A program made the translations under genes and the position numbers. A stretch of DNA of 64,000 bases, taken from assembly GCA_965223265.1 (NCBI GenBank), contig OZ244999.1, positions 8,640,001 through 8,704,000 on the forward strand. The letters run 5' to 3'. Source of the DNA: Planctomycetota bacterium (lineage in GTDB: Bacteria > Planctomycetota > UBA8108 > SXIK01). The notes beneath the pieces were generated by a model. It saw only the letters and a program-made list of their open reading frames with translations. It was not told where the DNA came from and did not search any database. Shown here piece after piece: positions 39,421 through 49,344 of the stretch (position 1 is its first letter; each line of letters begins with the position of its first letter).

Positions 39421-42400
39421 GTGTCGCGACGAGAAAGATCGCCCGCCGAATCAACAACTGGTTCTCACGTCGTGACGCGCAACCATCGATCTTCGTTTCA
39501 CCGCTCTTGGGTCGAGGCGGTGTTGGCCCTATGTGTCATCGCCGCGGCTTGTACGTTGTCGCCGCTGCGACTGTTCGCAAGCGACGTCGTCATCAGCGAG
39601 TTCATGGCGGCAAACGGGGCCACGCTCTTGGATGGCGATTCTGAGGCGTCGGACTGGATCGAGGTCTTCAACGCCCGAGACGTACCGGTCTCGCTTGCCG
39701 GTTGGACTCTTTCGGACGATCCTAGCGTGCCGCAGAAGTGGACGTTTCCAGAAATTGAATTGGGAGCCCAGTCGTTCTTGGTTGTCTTTGCGTCTGGTAA
39801 GGATCGCCGCGACCCGGCTGCCGAGCTGCACACGAATTTCAAGCTGTCGCGCTCGGGCGAGTACCTTGCGCTCTACGATCCGTTAGTTGAGGTGGCGACG
39901 GCGTTCGCGCCAGAATTTCCCGAGCAGCGCCATGACGCTTCGTTTGGTACACCGATGCAGCTGCGCGCGACGACGGTTCTCGACGCAACGACTCCGGCGC
40001 GTATCCTCGTCCCGATGTCAGCCGGCGACGCACCGGATGAGTGGGTGACTCCGGAGTACAACGATTTTGTATGGATGGATTCCACAATGGGGGTCGGATA
40101 CGACCAAAAGGATCCGGCGACCGTCGATGATCTGATCGAGACTGACCTCGGTGAATCGATGCGCGGCTTCAACGCGTCTCTCCTCATGCGCGTGCCGTTC
40201 GTCGCGCCTGACTTGGACACCGCGGCGTTTTTTCGAATGCTCGTGCAGCTCGATGGAGGCTTCATTGCTCATCTAAACGGTGTCGAGATAGCACGCGAGA
40301 ACGCACCCGCGCGTTCGTCCTTTCGATCTAGCGCGCTCGAGAGTCGACCTCCCGCGGCGCTAAGACGCGTCGTGGAAATCCCGATCCCGTCTGGTCGAGA
40401 CTTGCTTCGCCCTGGCGAGAACCTTCTCGCTATTCAAGTGATGAACGACGAGCGAGAGAGCCCTGACCTGCTGTTTCGGCCGGTGCTCGAAGTCGTTGTC
40501 GTAGATGGCTTCGCTGACGCAACGCGCTTTTTTTCTCGGCCGACGCCGGCTTGGCCAAACCCTCCTGGAGGTGAGAATGGGATCGCGCGGCCGCCCGTGT
40601 TCAGTCGGAATCACGAGCTCTTCAGCGGCACCTTTGTCGTCGAACTGGCGAGTGCTGTACCGCAGGCGACGATTCGTTACACCGTCGATGGTTCTGACCC
40701 TGATGAGTTTTCAGCACTCTTCTCGGAAGCGTTGACGCTCGATGCAAGCACGCACGTGATCGCGCGCGCTTTCGAGCCTGGGATGGTGCCGAGTGACCCA
40801 GTTCGAGCCTCCTACCTCGCTGTCGATCCAGCGATCTTGGAGGTGGACTCGGATTTGCCGCTCGTCGTTTTGAGCACCTTTGGAAAGTTGATTTCACCGG
40901 GCGGCAATTCGTCCGTTGCCGTGCATGTGCGTGTCGTCGGTGATGCGGGAGGTGGTGGCCGTGTTCGGCTGACGGATGCACCGAGTTTTGTCGGTGACGG
41001 GGCGATTAAAACTCGCGGCTCGACGACCTTGAGTCGTCCGAAGAAGTCCTACGGGTTAGAGCTCCGCGACGTGTTCGGGGATGATCTTGATGCCGAAATC
41101 CTGGGAATGCCGGCGGAGTCGGATTGGGTCTTCTACGGTCCGCATCAGGACACTTCACTCCTGCGCAACGCGTTCATCTACGAAGTCAGCCGAAGCATTG
41201 GGCGTTATGCCGCGCGGACGCGGTTTTGCGAGGTCTACCTAAGCCAAGGACAAGGCAGCGTCTCGGCGGCCGACTACGTCGGCTTGTATGTCCTTATGGA
41301 GAAGATCAAGCGCGGCGAGGAGCGTGTCGATGTCGAGGAACTGCGGCCGGTGCATGCGACCGAACCCGAAGTGACAGGTGGCTACATCATCAAACGTGAT
41401 CGACCGGATCCTGGTGACCTGGGCTTCGAAGCCGGAGGAGACACACTGCGCTACGTGGAACCCAAGGAGCGTGAAATCACGTCCGAGCAGAAAGCTTGGC
41501 TGACCGACTACATCGATCGTTTCGCCCAGGCGCTTGAAGGTCCGGAGTATGGCTACGACGAGTACATCGACGTCGGTTCCTGGATCGATCATCATTTGCT
41601 CAACGAGTTCACGATCAACCCGGACGGTTTCGAGCATTCGACCTACATGTTCAAGCGACGTGGCGGCAAGCTTGAAGCGGGGCCGATCTGGGATTTCAAC
41701 CTGGCGCTCGGCTTCGGAGGCAGCGGGCCTGTCGGTTGGTCCGTGAATCGTTTCTGGATTTGGTGGGGGCGTTTGCTGCGAGATCCCGCCTTCCAGAGTC
41801 AGTACAAACTGCGCTGGAGGGAGCTTCGCGGCGGGCCGATGGCGACGGACGCGCTCCTCGCCGTGATCGACCGCCACGTAGACACGATCCGCGAAGCTCA
41901 GGCGCGGAACTTCGGCGCCTGGCCCGAGTCCGAGGACGCTGACGGTTGGGACGCAGATGTTGAGGCACTCAAGTTGTGGGTGCGAGAGCGCGTTCGTTGG
42001 ATGGACTCCGACGTGCTCGCCAAGCCGGTGTTGAGCCCAGAGGGCGGGCGAGTCGAGCGTGGCATTGAGGTCTCGCTCTCCGCCGACGAGGGGCAAATCT
42101 ATTACACGATCGACGGCAGTGATCCGCGCGGCGAACTGCATGATCCAGGGCCGACGGCCATCCTCTATGACGCACCGATCGTCGTGGACGGCAACACCCT
42201 GCTCCAGGCGCGCGTTCGCATTGACACAGAGATTTGGAGCGGGACATCGGTGGGAACGTACATCACTGATCCGCTGACGGTGGCGCCGAGCGAAATCATG
42301 TACAACCCAACCGCCGATCCTGCGGGGCAGGCAGGATTCGGTCCGCAAGACTTCGAATTCATTGAGCTCGTCAATTTCGGCGGCGAGCCGGTCGATCTGC

Positions 42401-43041
42401 GCGGCAGCCGCTTGGGAGGTACACCTAGCTTTGAGTTTTCAGACGAGGCGTCGATTCTTGAGCCAGGCGCGTACGTTGTCCTCGTCAGAAACCTCGAGGC
42501 GTTCACTGCACGCTACGGGGATCGCAGGGTCGCTGGTGAATACTCGGGTTTCCTTGGCAACAACCAGCAAGAGCTGCGCTTTCGCGGGATACTCGGCGAA
42601 ACGGTGTTTGCGCTTGTGTACGACGATGGTTGGTACCCGTCGACAGACGGCGAAGGACACTCGCTGGTGCTCGTCGATCCAACCGTTTCCCCCGACGGTC
42701 TCAATGACCCGAGTGCTTGGCGTGCGAGCCACCAAATAGGAGGTTCTCCTGGCCGCGCAGACGCCGAGGCAGCGGCCCACCAGCGCATCGGTGATCTCGA
42801 TCAGGATGCGCGACTCACGGTCACCGATGCAATCCGGTTGCTTCTGTCGCTGCAGGGAGCCGTGGCGCTTCCTTGCGGCGAGGCGGGAAACCAGCAGCTG
42901 CTGGACGTCGACGGCACGGGGAAGGTCGATCTGAGCGACGGGATTCACTTGCTGCAGTTCCTTTTTCGCGGCAGCGAGTCGCCTCTGCTGGGCGGTGCGT
43001 GCCGGGAAATCCCGACCTGTCCCGACGTTTGCCTCGATTGA
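39421..43041 (+). CDS. Exported CotH-kinase-family protein with lamin-tail domains, chitobiase/Fn3-associated units and a C-terminal dockerin-like domain (start uncertain)
   Basis: VVISEFMAAN...DWIE...LHTNFKLS (lamin tail); IRYTVDGSDP; TRGSTT..PKKSY, YVLMEKIK, NPDG, GPIWDFNLA (CotH); SEIMYNP; C-terminal GDLDQDARLTVTDAI...DVDGTGKVDLSDGIHLLQFLF. Confidence 0.88.
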   Translation: MSRRERSPAESTTGSHVVTRNHRSSFHRSWVEAVLALCVIAAACTLSPLRLFASDVVISEFMAANGATLLDGDSEASDWIEVFNARDVPVSLAGWTLSDDPSVPQKWTFPEIELGAQSFLVVFASGKDRRDPAAELHTNFKLSRSGEYLALYDPLVEVATAFAPEFPEQRHDASFGTPMQLRATTVLDATTPARILVPMSAGDAPDEWVTPEYNDFVWMDSTMGVGYDQKDPATVDDLIETDLGESMRGFNASLLMRVPFVAPDLDTAAFFRMLVQLDGGFIAHLNGVEIARENAPARSSFRSSALESRPPAALRRVVEIPIPSGRDLLRPGENLLAIQVMNDERESPDLLFRPVLEVVVVDGFADATRFFSRPTPAWPNPPGGENGIARPPVFSRNHELFSGTFVVELASAVPQATIRYTVDGSDPDEFSALFSEALTLDASTHVIARAFEPGMVPSDPVRASYLAVDPAILEVDSDLPLVVLSTFGKLISPGGNSSVAVHVRVVGDAGGGGRVRLTDAPSFVGDGAIKTRGSTTLSRPKKSYGLELRDVFGDDLDAEILGMPAESDWVFYGPHQDTSLLRNAFIYEVSRSIGRYAARTRFCEVYLSQGQGSVSAADYVGLYVLMEKIKRGEERVDVEELRPVHATEPEVTGGYIIKRDRPDPGDLGFEAGGDTLRYVEPKEREITSEQKAWLTDYIDRFAQALEGPEYGYDEYIDVGSWIDHHLLNEFTINPDGFEHSTYMFKRRGGKLEAGPIWDFNLALGFGGSGPVGWSVNRFWIWWGRLLRDPAFQSQYKLRWRELRGGPMATDALLAVIDRHVDTIREAQARNFGAWPESEDADGWDADVEALKLWVRERVRWMDSDVLAKPVLSPEGGRVERGIEVSLSADEGQIYYTIDGSDPRGELHDPGPTAILYDAPIVVDGNTLLQARVRIDTEIWSGTSVGTYITDPLTVAPSEIMYNPTADPAGQAGFGPQDFEFIELVNFGGEPVDLRGSRLGGTPSFEFSDEASILEPGAYVVLVRNLEAFTARYGDRRVAGEYSGFLGNNQQELRFRGILGETVFALVYDDGWYPSTDGEGHSLVLVDPTVSPDGLNDPSAWRASHQIGGSPGRADAEAAAHQRIGDLDQDARLTVTDAIRLLLSLQGAVALPCGEAGNQQLLDVDGTGKVDLSDGIHLLQFLFRGSESPLLGGACREIPTCPDVCLD

Positions 43042-43076
43042 CAGCGCGTTGGTATGACTCGTCGATGAGGCGCGCT

Positions 43077-44264
43077 TCAGTCTGTGCCTTGGAGCGCCTT
43101 CACGAATTGGGCGCCGCCGCCGGGGAGAAGAGCATCAACACGGGCTGCGCGCAGAGGCGCCGGGCCGTTGGTTGGCTCGTGCCATGTGAGAAAGAGAGGC
43201 GCAGTGCATTCCGCGAGCAGAAAGGGTTGTAGAGCGAAGATGCCGACGACGATCGCCGCGATCGTGCGGTCGTCCCGCCGCCTCTCCCCAGTGCCGGCGT
43301 CCGCTTCACCTGCGCGTCGCGACGTGGGGACGGTTACGGCGACGACCGGTTTTGCGATGGCCGACGTGAACAGATCGAGTGTCCAATCGGAGTCGATCTG
43401 GGCGTTTTCGTGCTGCGCAAAGTCACTCGGTGAACTCGCGGACGATTGTCTGCGAGCGATCGGCTCACGTCTGGCGGCGAGCACCTTTTCGATATCGTTC
43501 AGCTGTTGTGCTTGTGGGAGGGCGTACAACTGACCCAGCAGGCTGATCGACCGAAGCGTGGTGAAGAGCTCTGATCGACACTCCGACTTGACCGTAGCGT
43601 CGTGATGCGCCTGACGAAAAGCGTCCTCCATGTGTCCGACGAGAACAGCGTGGCTCGTGAAGCGGGTGCTGTCGATCCCGCGCGCGCGAAGCAGGTTGAG
43701 ACTGCATTCACCTTCACGTCCGGCACGCTTCTTACGCAGGACCACGCCCGAGAGATCCGCGCCGGTGAAGTCCGCGCCATCGACGCCTTCACACCTCATA
43801 TCCGCGTCGACCAACCTTGCGTCTCGTAGCACCGCCGCTGTGAGGTCAGCATGCATGAGGTCGGCGCCGGTGAGATCAGCACCGGTGAGATCAGCGCGGC
43901 GAAAATTGGTCTCGACAATGCATGCGTTTTCAAAGCAAGCACCGACGAGGCGACTAGCGGTGAAATCTGCATCGCGCATCTCGGTTTCAGCCAAGGTGGC
44001 ACCGGAGAGGTCAGCTTGGCGAAAAACTGTGTCGCGCGCGTAGGCCCCGGTCAAGTCGGCCTGGCGTAAGTCTGCCGCCGTGAGATCGGTGTTGGCAAGG
44101 TCGACGCCGACGAGGACGGCGTCATGCAAATCGATCCCGTTAAGCTCCGCAAACACGATCTCCGCGTCGCTGAGATCGGGTCGCACACTGGGATGTCGTT
44201 GGCGCCATGCGTTCCACGCGTCGACGCCGCGGGCGAGGATGTTCAGTTCGTCTTGATTGGCCAT
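43077..44264 (-). CDS. Pentapeptide-repeat protein
   Basis: MANQDELNILARGVDAWNAWR N-terminus followed by many A(D/N)Lxx repeats. Start set to ATG 44264. Confidence 0.85.
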   Translation of the reverse strand: MANQDELNILARGVDAWNAWRQRHPSVRPDLSDAEIVFAELNGIDLHDAVLVGVDLANTDLTAADLRQADLTGAYARDTVFRQADLSGATLAETEMRDADFTASRLVGACFENACIVETNFRRADLTGADLTGADLMHADLTAAVLRDARLVDADMRCEGVDGADFTGADLSGVVLRKKRAGREGECSLNLLRARGIDSTRFTSHAVLVGHMEDAFRQAHHDATVKSECRSELFTTLRSISLLGQLYALPQAQQLNDIEKVLAARREPIARRQSSASSPSDFAQHENAQIDSDWTLDLFTSAIAKPVVAVTVPTSRRAGEADAGTGERRRDDRTIAAIVVGIFALQPFLLAECTAPLFLTWHEPTNGPAPLRAARVDALLPGGGAQFVKALQGTD

Positions 44265-44470
44265 GGGGCGAAGGTCAAGTACGCCTCGTTGTGTCTCGTC
44301 ACTAATTCGCAAGCTGAAATGGTAGGAAAGCGCCTCGGGAGATGCCACAACAGCGCCTCGGCGCGAGCGCCCGCGGTCGGCCGCTCGCCCCTCCGCGACG
44401 GCAGCACACAGCGTTCCGAGAATTTGCCATCGCACTCTTTTTTTGGGCGGCACCGCCCGAAAGCAAGGCC

Positions 44471-45268
44471 ATGGACTCCTTTGCTCTCAAACTGACCCTG
44501 GCGTCGTTCATCAGTCTGGCCGTCTTTGCGTGCATGAGGCGCTGGCTCCCGGCTGATGCGGCCGAGCCGAGAAGCAGACGTGATCTTTCCACCGCGGAGC
44601 AGCGCCGTTTCGCACGGCTTGAAATCACCTTAGCGCTGTACGCCGTGCTTGCGGCTCCCGCAGCGATTTACGTTTGGTATGAGCTTCTGGGTTCCGTTCA
44701 GAAGAGTTGGATCGACGGCCGGGGGCCAGCTGAGTTCGAGTTGACTCCACTCCCGATCGTCTGTTGGCTCTATGCCTTCTTTGCCGGCTTGATCACCGTG
44801 TGGTACGCAGTCGATCTCGCTGCACGTCCGCTCCTTCGTGGGCCGCGCGAAGAGGCGACTTTTCGCGCCTACTCGAACGCACAGCTGGGATACGACGGGC
44901 GGCGTGGCCGCCGGTGGTTCTCCTGCGTTGTGGCTAGCGGCACAGCTCTCTTTTTTTCTCTTGGCCTCGACACTTACCTCCGCGTGACTCAGGACTCGAT
45001 CGTTGTCGATTCCTACTTTAGCCTCTTCGCACGCCGGTACGACTATGACGACGTGCGCGCTGTATACCTGGCATCGCATCGAATCGCTCCCATCGGAAAG
45101 GAAGTCTCAAACGCCCATTACGTCGTCGACTTTGCCGACGGCAGCCGTTGGCGCAGCACCGACGGGCTCCGTTCGACAACAGGACACGATGACCGTGCCA
45201 TGCGTTTGATCTCCAGGCGCAGCGGTGTCCCTCTCGACTTTGTCCGTCTTCCACCGGACGTGGAGTGA
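44471..45268 (+). CDS. Membrane protein of unknown function
   Basis: Four hydrophobic segments plus a soluble beta-rich C-terminus; ATG 44471. Confidence 0.65.
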   Translation: MDSFALKLTLASFISLAVFACMRRWLPADAAEPRSRRDLSTAEQRRFARLEITLALYAVLAAPAAIYVWYELLGSVQKSWIDGRGPAEFELTPLPIVCWLYAFFAGLITVWYAVDLAARPLLRGPREEATFRAYSNAQLGYDGRRGRRWFSCVVASGTALFFSLGLDTYLRVTQDSIVVDSYFSLFARRYDYDDVRAVYLASHRIAPIGKEVSNAHYVVDFADGSRWRSTDGLRSTTGHDDRAMRLISRRSGVPLDFVRLPPDVE

Positions 45269-45270
45269 AC

Positions 45271-45307
45271 CGCACGCGAAAGAGCGTTTTCGTGGGCGCA
45301 TTTTTTT
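45271..45307 (+). terminator. Probable intrinsic terminator
   Basis: Imperfect stem CGCACGCGAAA...TTTCGTGGGCG followed by a T7 run, directly after the stop at 45268. Confidence 0.55.
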
Positions 45308-45666
45308 GGCGTTGCTCGAACATACGCGAGTGCGTGTGTGCCGTATCTGGACCCCATTGTTGCAAAAGAGAAGCGATTCTAAGCCATGCGGGTTGCATGT
45401 GCGTGCCGTCGTTCGGGGTCGTTTGCTTCTGTTCAAGATTCCAGAGATCAGAAGAAGGGTTGAACAAGAGGAAACGAAGTCAACGAAGGAAGACCGTCCA
45501 AAGGAGCAGGCACACGCCGTGTGCCGTCCAGTCAGGCACACTCCGATCCCATTTCTTCAAAAGAAAAGCGCTTCAAGGCCATGCGCGATTGCCATTGCGT
45601 GTCTCCGCCTCTGCCTCCTCTTCTCTTCACGCCGATCCCTCACCACCGCTGCGGCGTGCTCGTCGA

Positions 45667-46302
45667 TCATCGACGCCGATACTCGAGATAGTAGATCTTC
45701 GATCCCAATTCCCTGAACTTTGTCTCGAACGGCGTAGGATAAGGCTCGAGAGGGGCGGTGGCGAACGCGCCTCGGCCGTACCGGTTGTCGAGGTTTGGTG
45801 TGGCATCGAGAACTTCTAGCATCTGATGAGCGTACGCCGAGGAATCTGTCCGCAGGGAGAGTCCTCCCCCAGGTTGAAGAAGGCGGCTAAACGTCCGTGC
45901 GTTCTCTTCGCGCACAAGACGCTTCTTCGCGTGCCGTCTTTTGGGCCACGGATCTGGATGGTTGATATAGATATGGTCAACGCTCTCGCTTCGGAAGATG
46001 CGTTGAATGACCGTTGTGGCATCCACGGGAAGCATGCGAATGCAGTCGAGCTCCGCAGCTTTCACCTTTTTCAAGAACTTGAGTGTTCTTCTGGCGCAGT
46101 ATTCGAAGCCAACGTAGCAGTACGCCGGTGAACGCCGTGCGACCTCAATGAGGAATGGGGAATTGCCAACACCGATCTCTATGCGGAGCGGTCCATCTCG
46201 GGAGAACACTCGGTCCCATTCGACGATGCCTTGGCTGTCGCAAGGCAGTTCGTCTAAGTTGAGGCGGTACTCTGTGGTGAGGTTCTTGAGTTTTCGAGGC
46301 AT
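45667..46302 (-). CDS. trmB: tRNA (guanine-N7)-methyltransferase
   Basis: IEIGVGN, HPDPWPKRRHAKKRL, LRTD, TPFETK. Confidence 0.92.
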   Translation of the reverse strand: MPRKLKNLTTEYRLNLDELPCDSQGIVEWDRVFSRDGPLRIEIGVGNSPFLIEVARRSPAYCYVGFEYCARRTLKFLKKVKAAELDCIRMLPVDATTVIQRIFRSESVDHIYINHPDPWPKRRHAKKRLVREENARTFSRLLQPGGGLSLRTDSSAYAHQMLEVLDATPNLDNRYGRGAFATAPLEPYPTPFETKFRELGSKIYYLEYRRR

Positions 46303-46304
46303 GT

Positions 46305-46477
46305 CAGCCCGTAGAAGAAGTCAATCGGCCGAGAAGTGGAGCCCGTCACACTCAGTCGGCCATGCCAAAAACTCACCGCCATCACGTTGCAGAAGAGGCC
46401 CGGAGATCACCTGCGTTTGTCACGGCCGACTGGCGAATGACTCGGTTTTCGACTCGAAGCACTTCTTCGACAGCCTG
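46305..46477 (+). mobile_element. MITE-like hairpin element, copy A
   Basis: Left end CAGCCCGTAGAAGAAGTCAATCGGCCGAGAA; right end GTTTTCGACTCGAAGCACTTCTTCGACAGCCTG; internal inverted repeat CAGTCGGCC/GGCCGACTG. Confidence 0.6.
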
Positions 46478-46561
46478 GTAGCCGGATAACGCTTTGGCAA
46501 GGGAAGGCAAGCCAGTTGCGGCGCTCGTTCTCAGCGGACCTGAAGACGGTCAAGTGACCGC

Positions 46562-47452
46562 TCAGTAGAGGTACTTTGGCCGCTGCGGCAGCCCTGAGCT
46601 TTCGCTACGAGAGACCTCGGGCAGCTCGAGAATAGCCTCGTAGACCTCTTCGATTACCTCGTAGGGAGTCGAGGTGCCTGCTGTGATGCCGACGTGCTCA
46701 TGTCCCTCAAACCACTCACTCTTGAGCTCGGATGCCCGTTCGATGTGATGTGAACGGACACCGAGTTCGTCGCACACGAGCTTGAGCTTTTTCGTGTTCG
46801 AGGAGTTGTATCCGCCGACGACGATCATGAGGTCCACCTGCTCTGCAAGCTCGCGCACGGCGACTTGGCGGTCCTTGGTCGGTTGGCAGACCGTGTCGGT
46901 GAAGGCAACGGTCGCGTTTGGGAAGCGCGTCCGGATCAGTGCGACCATTTCACGGACGAAGTCGATCTGCTGGGTCGTTTGCGAAACGATTCCGATCTTG
47001 TCTCGCCCCGCGAGCTTGTCGATTTCTTCGGGTCCGCCTAGAACTGTATAGTCGACGAGATCGCCGACGATGCCCCGGACTTCCACGTGTGTGGACTGTC
47101 CAACCACTACCGGATGAAAACCATTGCGCACGAACTCCGCGATCGACTTGTGAACTCGCAGGACGAGCGGACAACTCGCGTCGATCACGCGATGTCCCAT
47201 TTCCATCGCACGTTCGCGGACGCTTTCGGCTGCACCGTGAGCTGTAATCATGACGTTGCGCGTCGGTATATCGCGTTCGAGATTGTCGACCAGCCGCACG
47301 CCGTTCTTCCGCAGCCGATCAACTGTCTGCGGGTTGTGAACGAGCTGACCTATGACGGTCAAATCGTCCTTGTAGAGAGGGTCGAGCGCAAGATCGATGG
47401 CATCCTGCACGCCGAAGCACGTGCCGAGCGCTTTTGCCACCGTAACTCTCAT
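46562..47452 (-). CDS. ispH: 4-hydroxy-3-methylbut-2-enyl diphosphate reductase
   Basis: GTCFGV, VHNP, AHG, DASCPLV, HVEV, SQTT, TVCQPT, SSNT, GITAGTSTP. Confidence 0.96.
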   Translation of the reverse strand: MRVTVAKALGTCFGVQDAIDLALDPLYKDDLTVIGQLVHNPQTVDRLRKNGVRLVDNLERDIPTRNVMITAHGAAESVRERAMEMGHRVIDASCPLVLRVHKSIAEFVRNGFHPVVVGQSTHVEVRGIVGDLVDYTVLGGPEEIDKLAGRDKIGIVSQTTQQIDFVREMVALIRTRFPNATVAFTDTVCQPTKDRQVAVRELAEQVDLMIVVGGYNSSNTKKLKLVCDELGVRSHHIERASELKSEWFEGHEHVGITAGTSTPYEVIEEVYEAILELPEVSRSESSGLPQRPKYLY

Positions 47453-47651
47453 CTTTCGAGCTCCTTCCGTCCGCGAAACGCCCCGATCTCATTCTTGGGT
47501 CTTAGCAGCGTTAGATCATTTTTCGAGCAACAGCTCAAGTTACGGCGCGAGCGGCCAAGATGCCTGCTGTCGTGGAGGCCTGGCCGCCTAGCAGCCGCGC
47601 CCTGAGGACCGAACACGGCGCGATTGAAATCGCTTCCTGAACTCACCTGAC

Positions 47652-47680
47652 TTGCCAACCCCGGGTTGGTGTCCGATAAT
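47652..47680 (+). promoter_or_regulatory. Candidate sigma70 promoter
   Basis: TTGCCA-N17-GATAAT, about 280 nt upstream of the nucleotide-sugar dehydrogenase. Confidence 0.45.
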
Positions 47681-47960
47681 CCACGGCCGTAATCTGAAGG
47701 AAACGTACGCGACCGGAGAAAGGTGCGGAAGCGTGCGGGATTTCACCACGATCAACGAGCGGCAATTCTATCTTTGCGGATAAGGTGAGTAAAGAGTTTT
47801 TGGTTGCGGCTCGATCTATGATTTACGCTCCACTCTGGAGCGCAGCGAAGGAGTCACTCCCCCCCGACAACTCACACGGATCGTACTCATGATAGGTAGC
47901 GACGTCGACGAAAGCACCAAGTCGTTGAGCCCGGTAGAACAGTCCCTTAAGGGCGAGGAA

Positions 47961-49277
47961 ATGAAGCAACAGCTGTTGGAGGCGATCCAGAACCGCACTG
48001 CGAAGGTTGGGGTGATCGGGCTTGGCTACGTCGGTTTGCCGCTCGTCGAAGCTTTCGGCCGCGCGGGATTCCCCGTCCATGGTTTTGATATCGACGCTGC
48101 GAAAGTCGATCTCCTTCGTAAGGGCGAGTCGTACATCTCGCGTGTCTCATCTGATTGGATCAAGTCGAGCCAGAGCGACGGCCAAGTTCACGTAACGACT
48201 GATTTCCGTCATCTTCAAGAGATGAACGCGATCCTCGTTTGTGTCCCGACGCCGCTCACCAAGGCACGCGAACCCGATCTCTCGTATGTCCGCGCGACCA
48301 CCGGGGAGATCCGACGTTTTATCGAGCGCGGACAGTTGATCGTGCTCGAGAGCACGACATATCCTGGCACCACAGAAGAAGTCATCAAGCCGATTTTGGA
48401 AGAGACCGGCCTCGATTCTGGCTCCGATTTCTTCCTGGCGTTTTCACCTGAACGAGAGGATCCAGGGAACCCGAATTTCACGACAAGCACGATTCCCAAG
48501 CTCGTCGGCGGTGTCGACGATGCGAGTGGCGACCTCGCCCACGCTTTGTATTCTGCGTCGATCGAGCGAGTCGTCAAACTGAGTCACGCCAAAGTCGCTG
48601 AGGCCGCGAAGATACTCGAGAACATCTATCGGGCGGTCAACATCGCGCTCGTGAACGAGCTCAAAGTGTTGTTCGATCGGATGGGCATTGACGTCTGGGA
48701 GGTGATCAGTGCGGCGTCGACGAAGCCGTTTGGTTTTCACCCTTTTTACCCGGGGCCCGGACTTGGTGGTCACTGCATACCGATTGACCCTTTCTACTTG
48801 ACTTGGAAAGCGCGTGAGTTCGATATGGCAACGCGTTTTATCGAGCTCGCCGGCGAGGTGAACACGCAGATGCCATACTTCGTGGTCGGCAAGCTGACGG
48901 AAGCGCTCAACAAGCGCAGTCGTCCGCTCAACTCGAGTCGCGGCTTGATCATCGGAGTGGCCTACAAACCTGACATCGAGGACGTTCGCGAGTCGCCGGC
49001 GTTCAAGATCATGGAGTTGCTCCAGGCTTCGGGCGTGCAGCTGAGTTACCATGACCCGTTCGTGCCTAAGCTTCCTGTCATGCGGCACTACGAGGTGGAT
49101 GCGGAGCCCGTTGCCCTCACCGAGGAAACGCTGGCGGCCCATGATTTCTCTTTGATCGTCACCGACCACAGCGGGGTCGACTGGGACTTGGTCGTCGCTG
49201 CCTCGCCGCTCGTCGTCGACACACGGAACGCCACTCAGAACGTCGCGCAGCACCGCGACAAGATCGTCAAGGCATAG
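47961..49277 (+). CDS. Nucleotide-sugar dehydrogenase (UDP-GlcNAc/ManNAc dehydrogenase family)
   Basis: GLGYVGLP, CVPTP, ESTTYPGTT, SPER, KILENIYR, GPGLGGHCIPIDP, AYKPDIEDVRESP. Start set to ATG 47961. Confidence 0.93.
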   Translation: MKQQLLEAIQNRTAKVGVIGLGYVGLPLVEAFGRAGFPVHGFDIDAAKVDLLRKGESYISRVSSDWIKSSQSDGQVHVTTDFRHLQEMNAILVCVPTPLTKAREPDLSYVRATTGEIRRFIERGQLIVLESTTYPGTTEEVIKPILEETGLDSGSDFFLAFSPEREDPGNPNFTTSTIPKLVGGVDDASGDLAHALYSASIERVVKLSHAKVAEAAKILENIYRAVNIALVNELKVLFDRMGIDVWEVISAASTKPFGFHPFYPGPGLGGHCIPIDPFYLTWKAREFDMATRFIELAGEVNTQMPYFVVGKLTEALNKRSRPLNSSRGLIIGVAYKPDIEDVRESPAFKIMELLQASGVQLSYHDPFVPKLPVMRHYEVDAEPVALTEETLAAHDFSLIVTDHSGVDWDLVVAASPLVVDTRNATQNVAQHRDKIVKA

Positions 49278-49344
49278 TCGGCGGGCGTTGGAGATCTTCG
49301 CTGCGAGCGTCTCCGCGTGGTGCGCCTCGACGCGCCGTCTCTCA

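Noticed and set aside
43077-44264. Pentapeptide-repeat protein as a Qnr-type resistance gene
   Set aside because: It has the generic GVxxWNxWR N-terminus of common uncharacterised pentapeptide proteins and no Qnr-specific features I can see.
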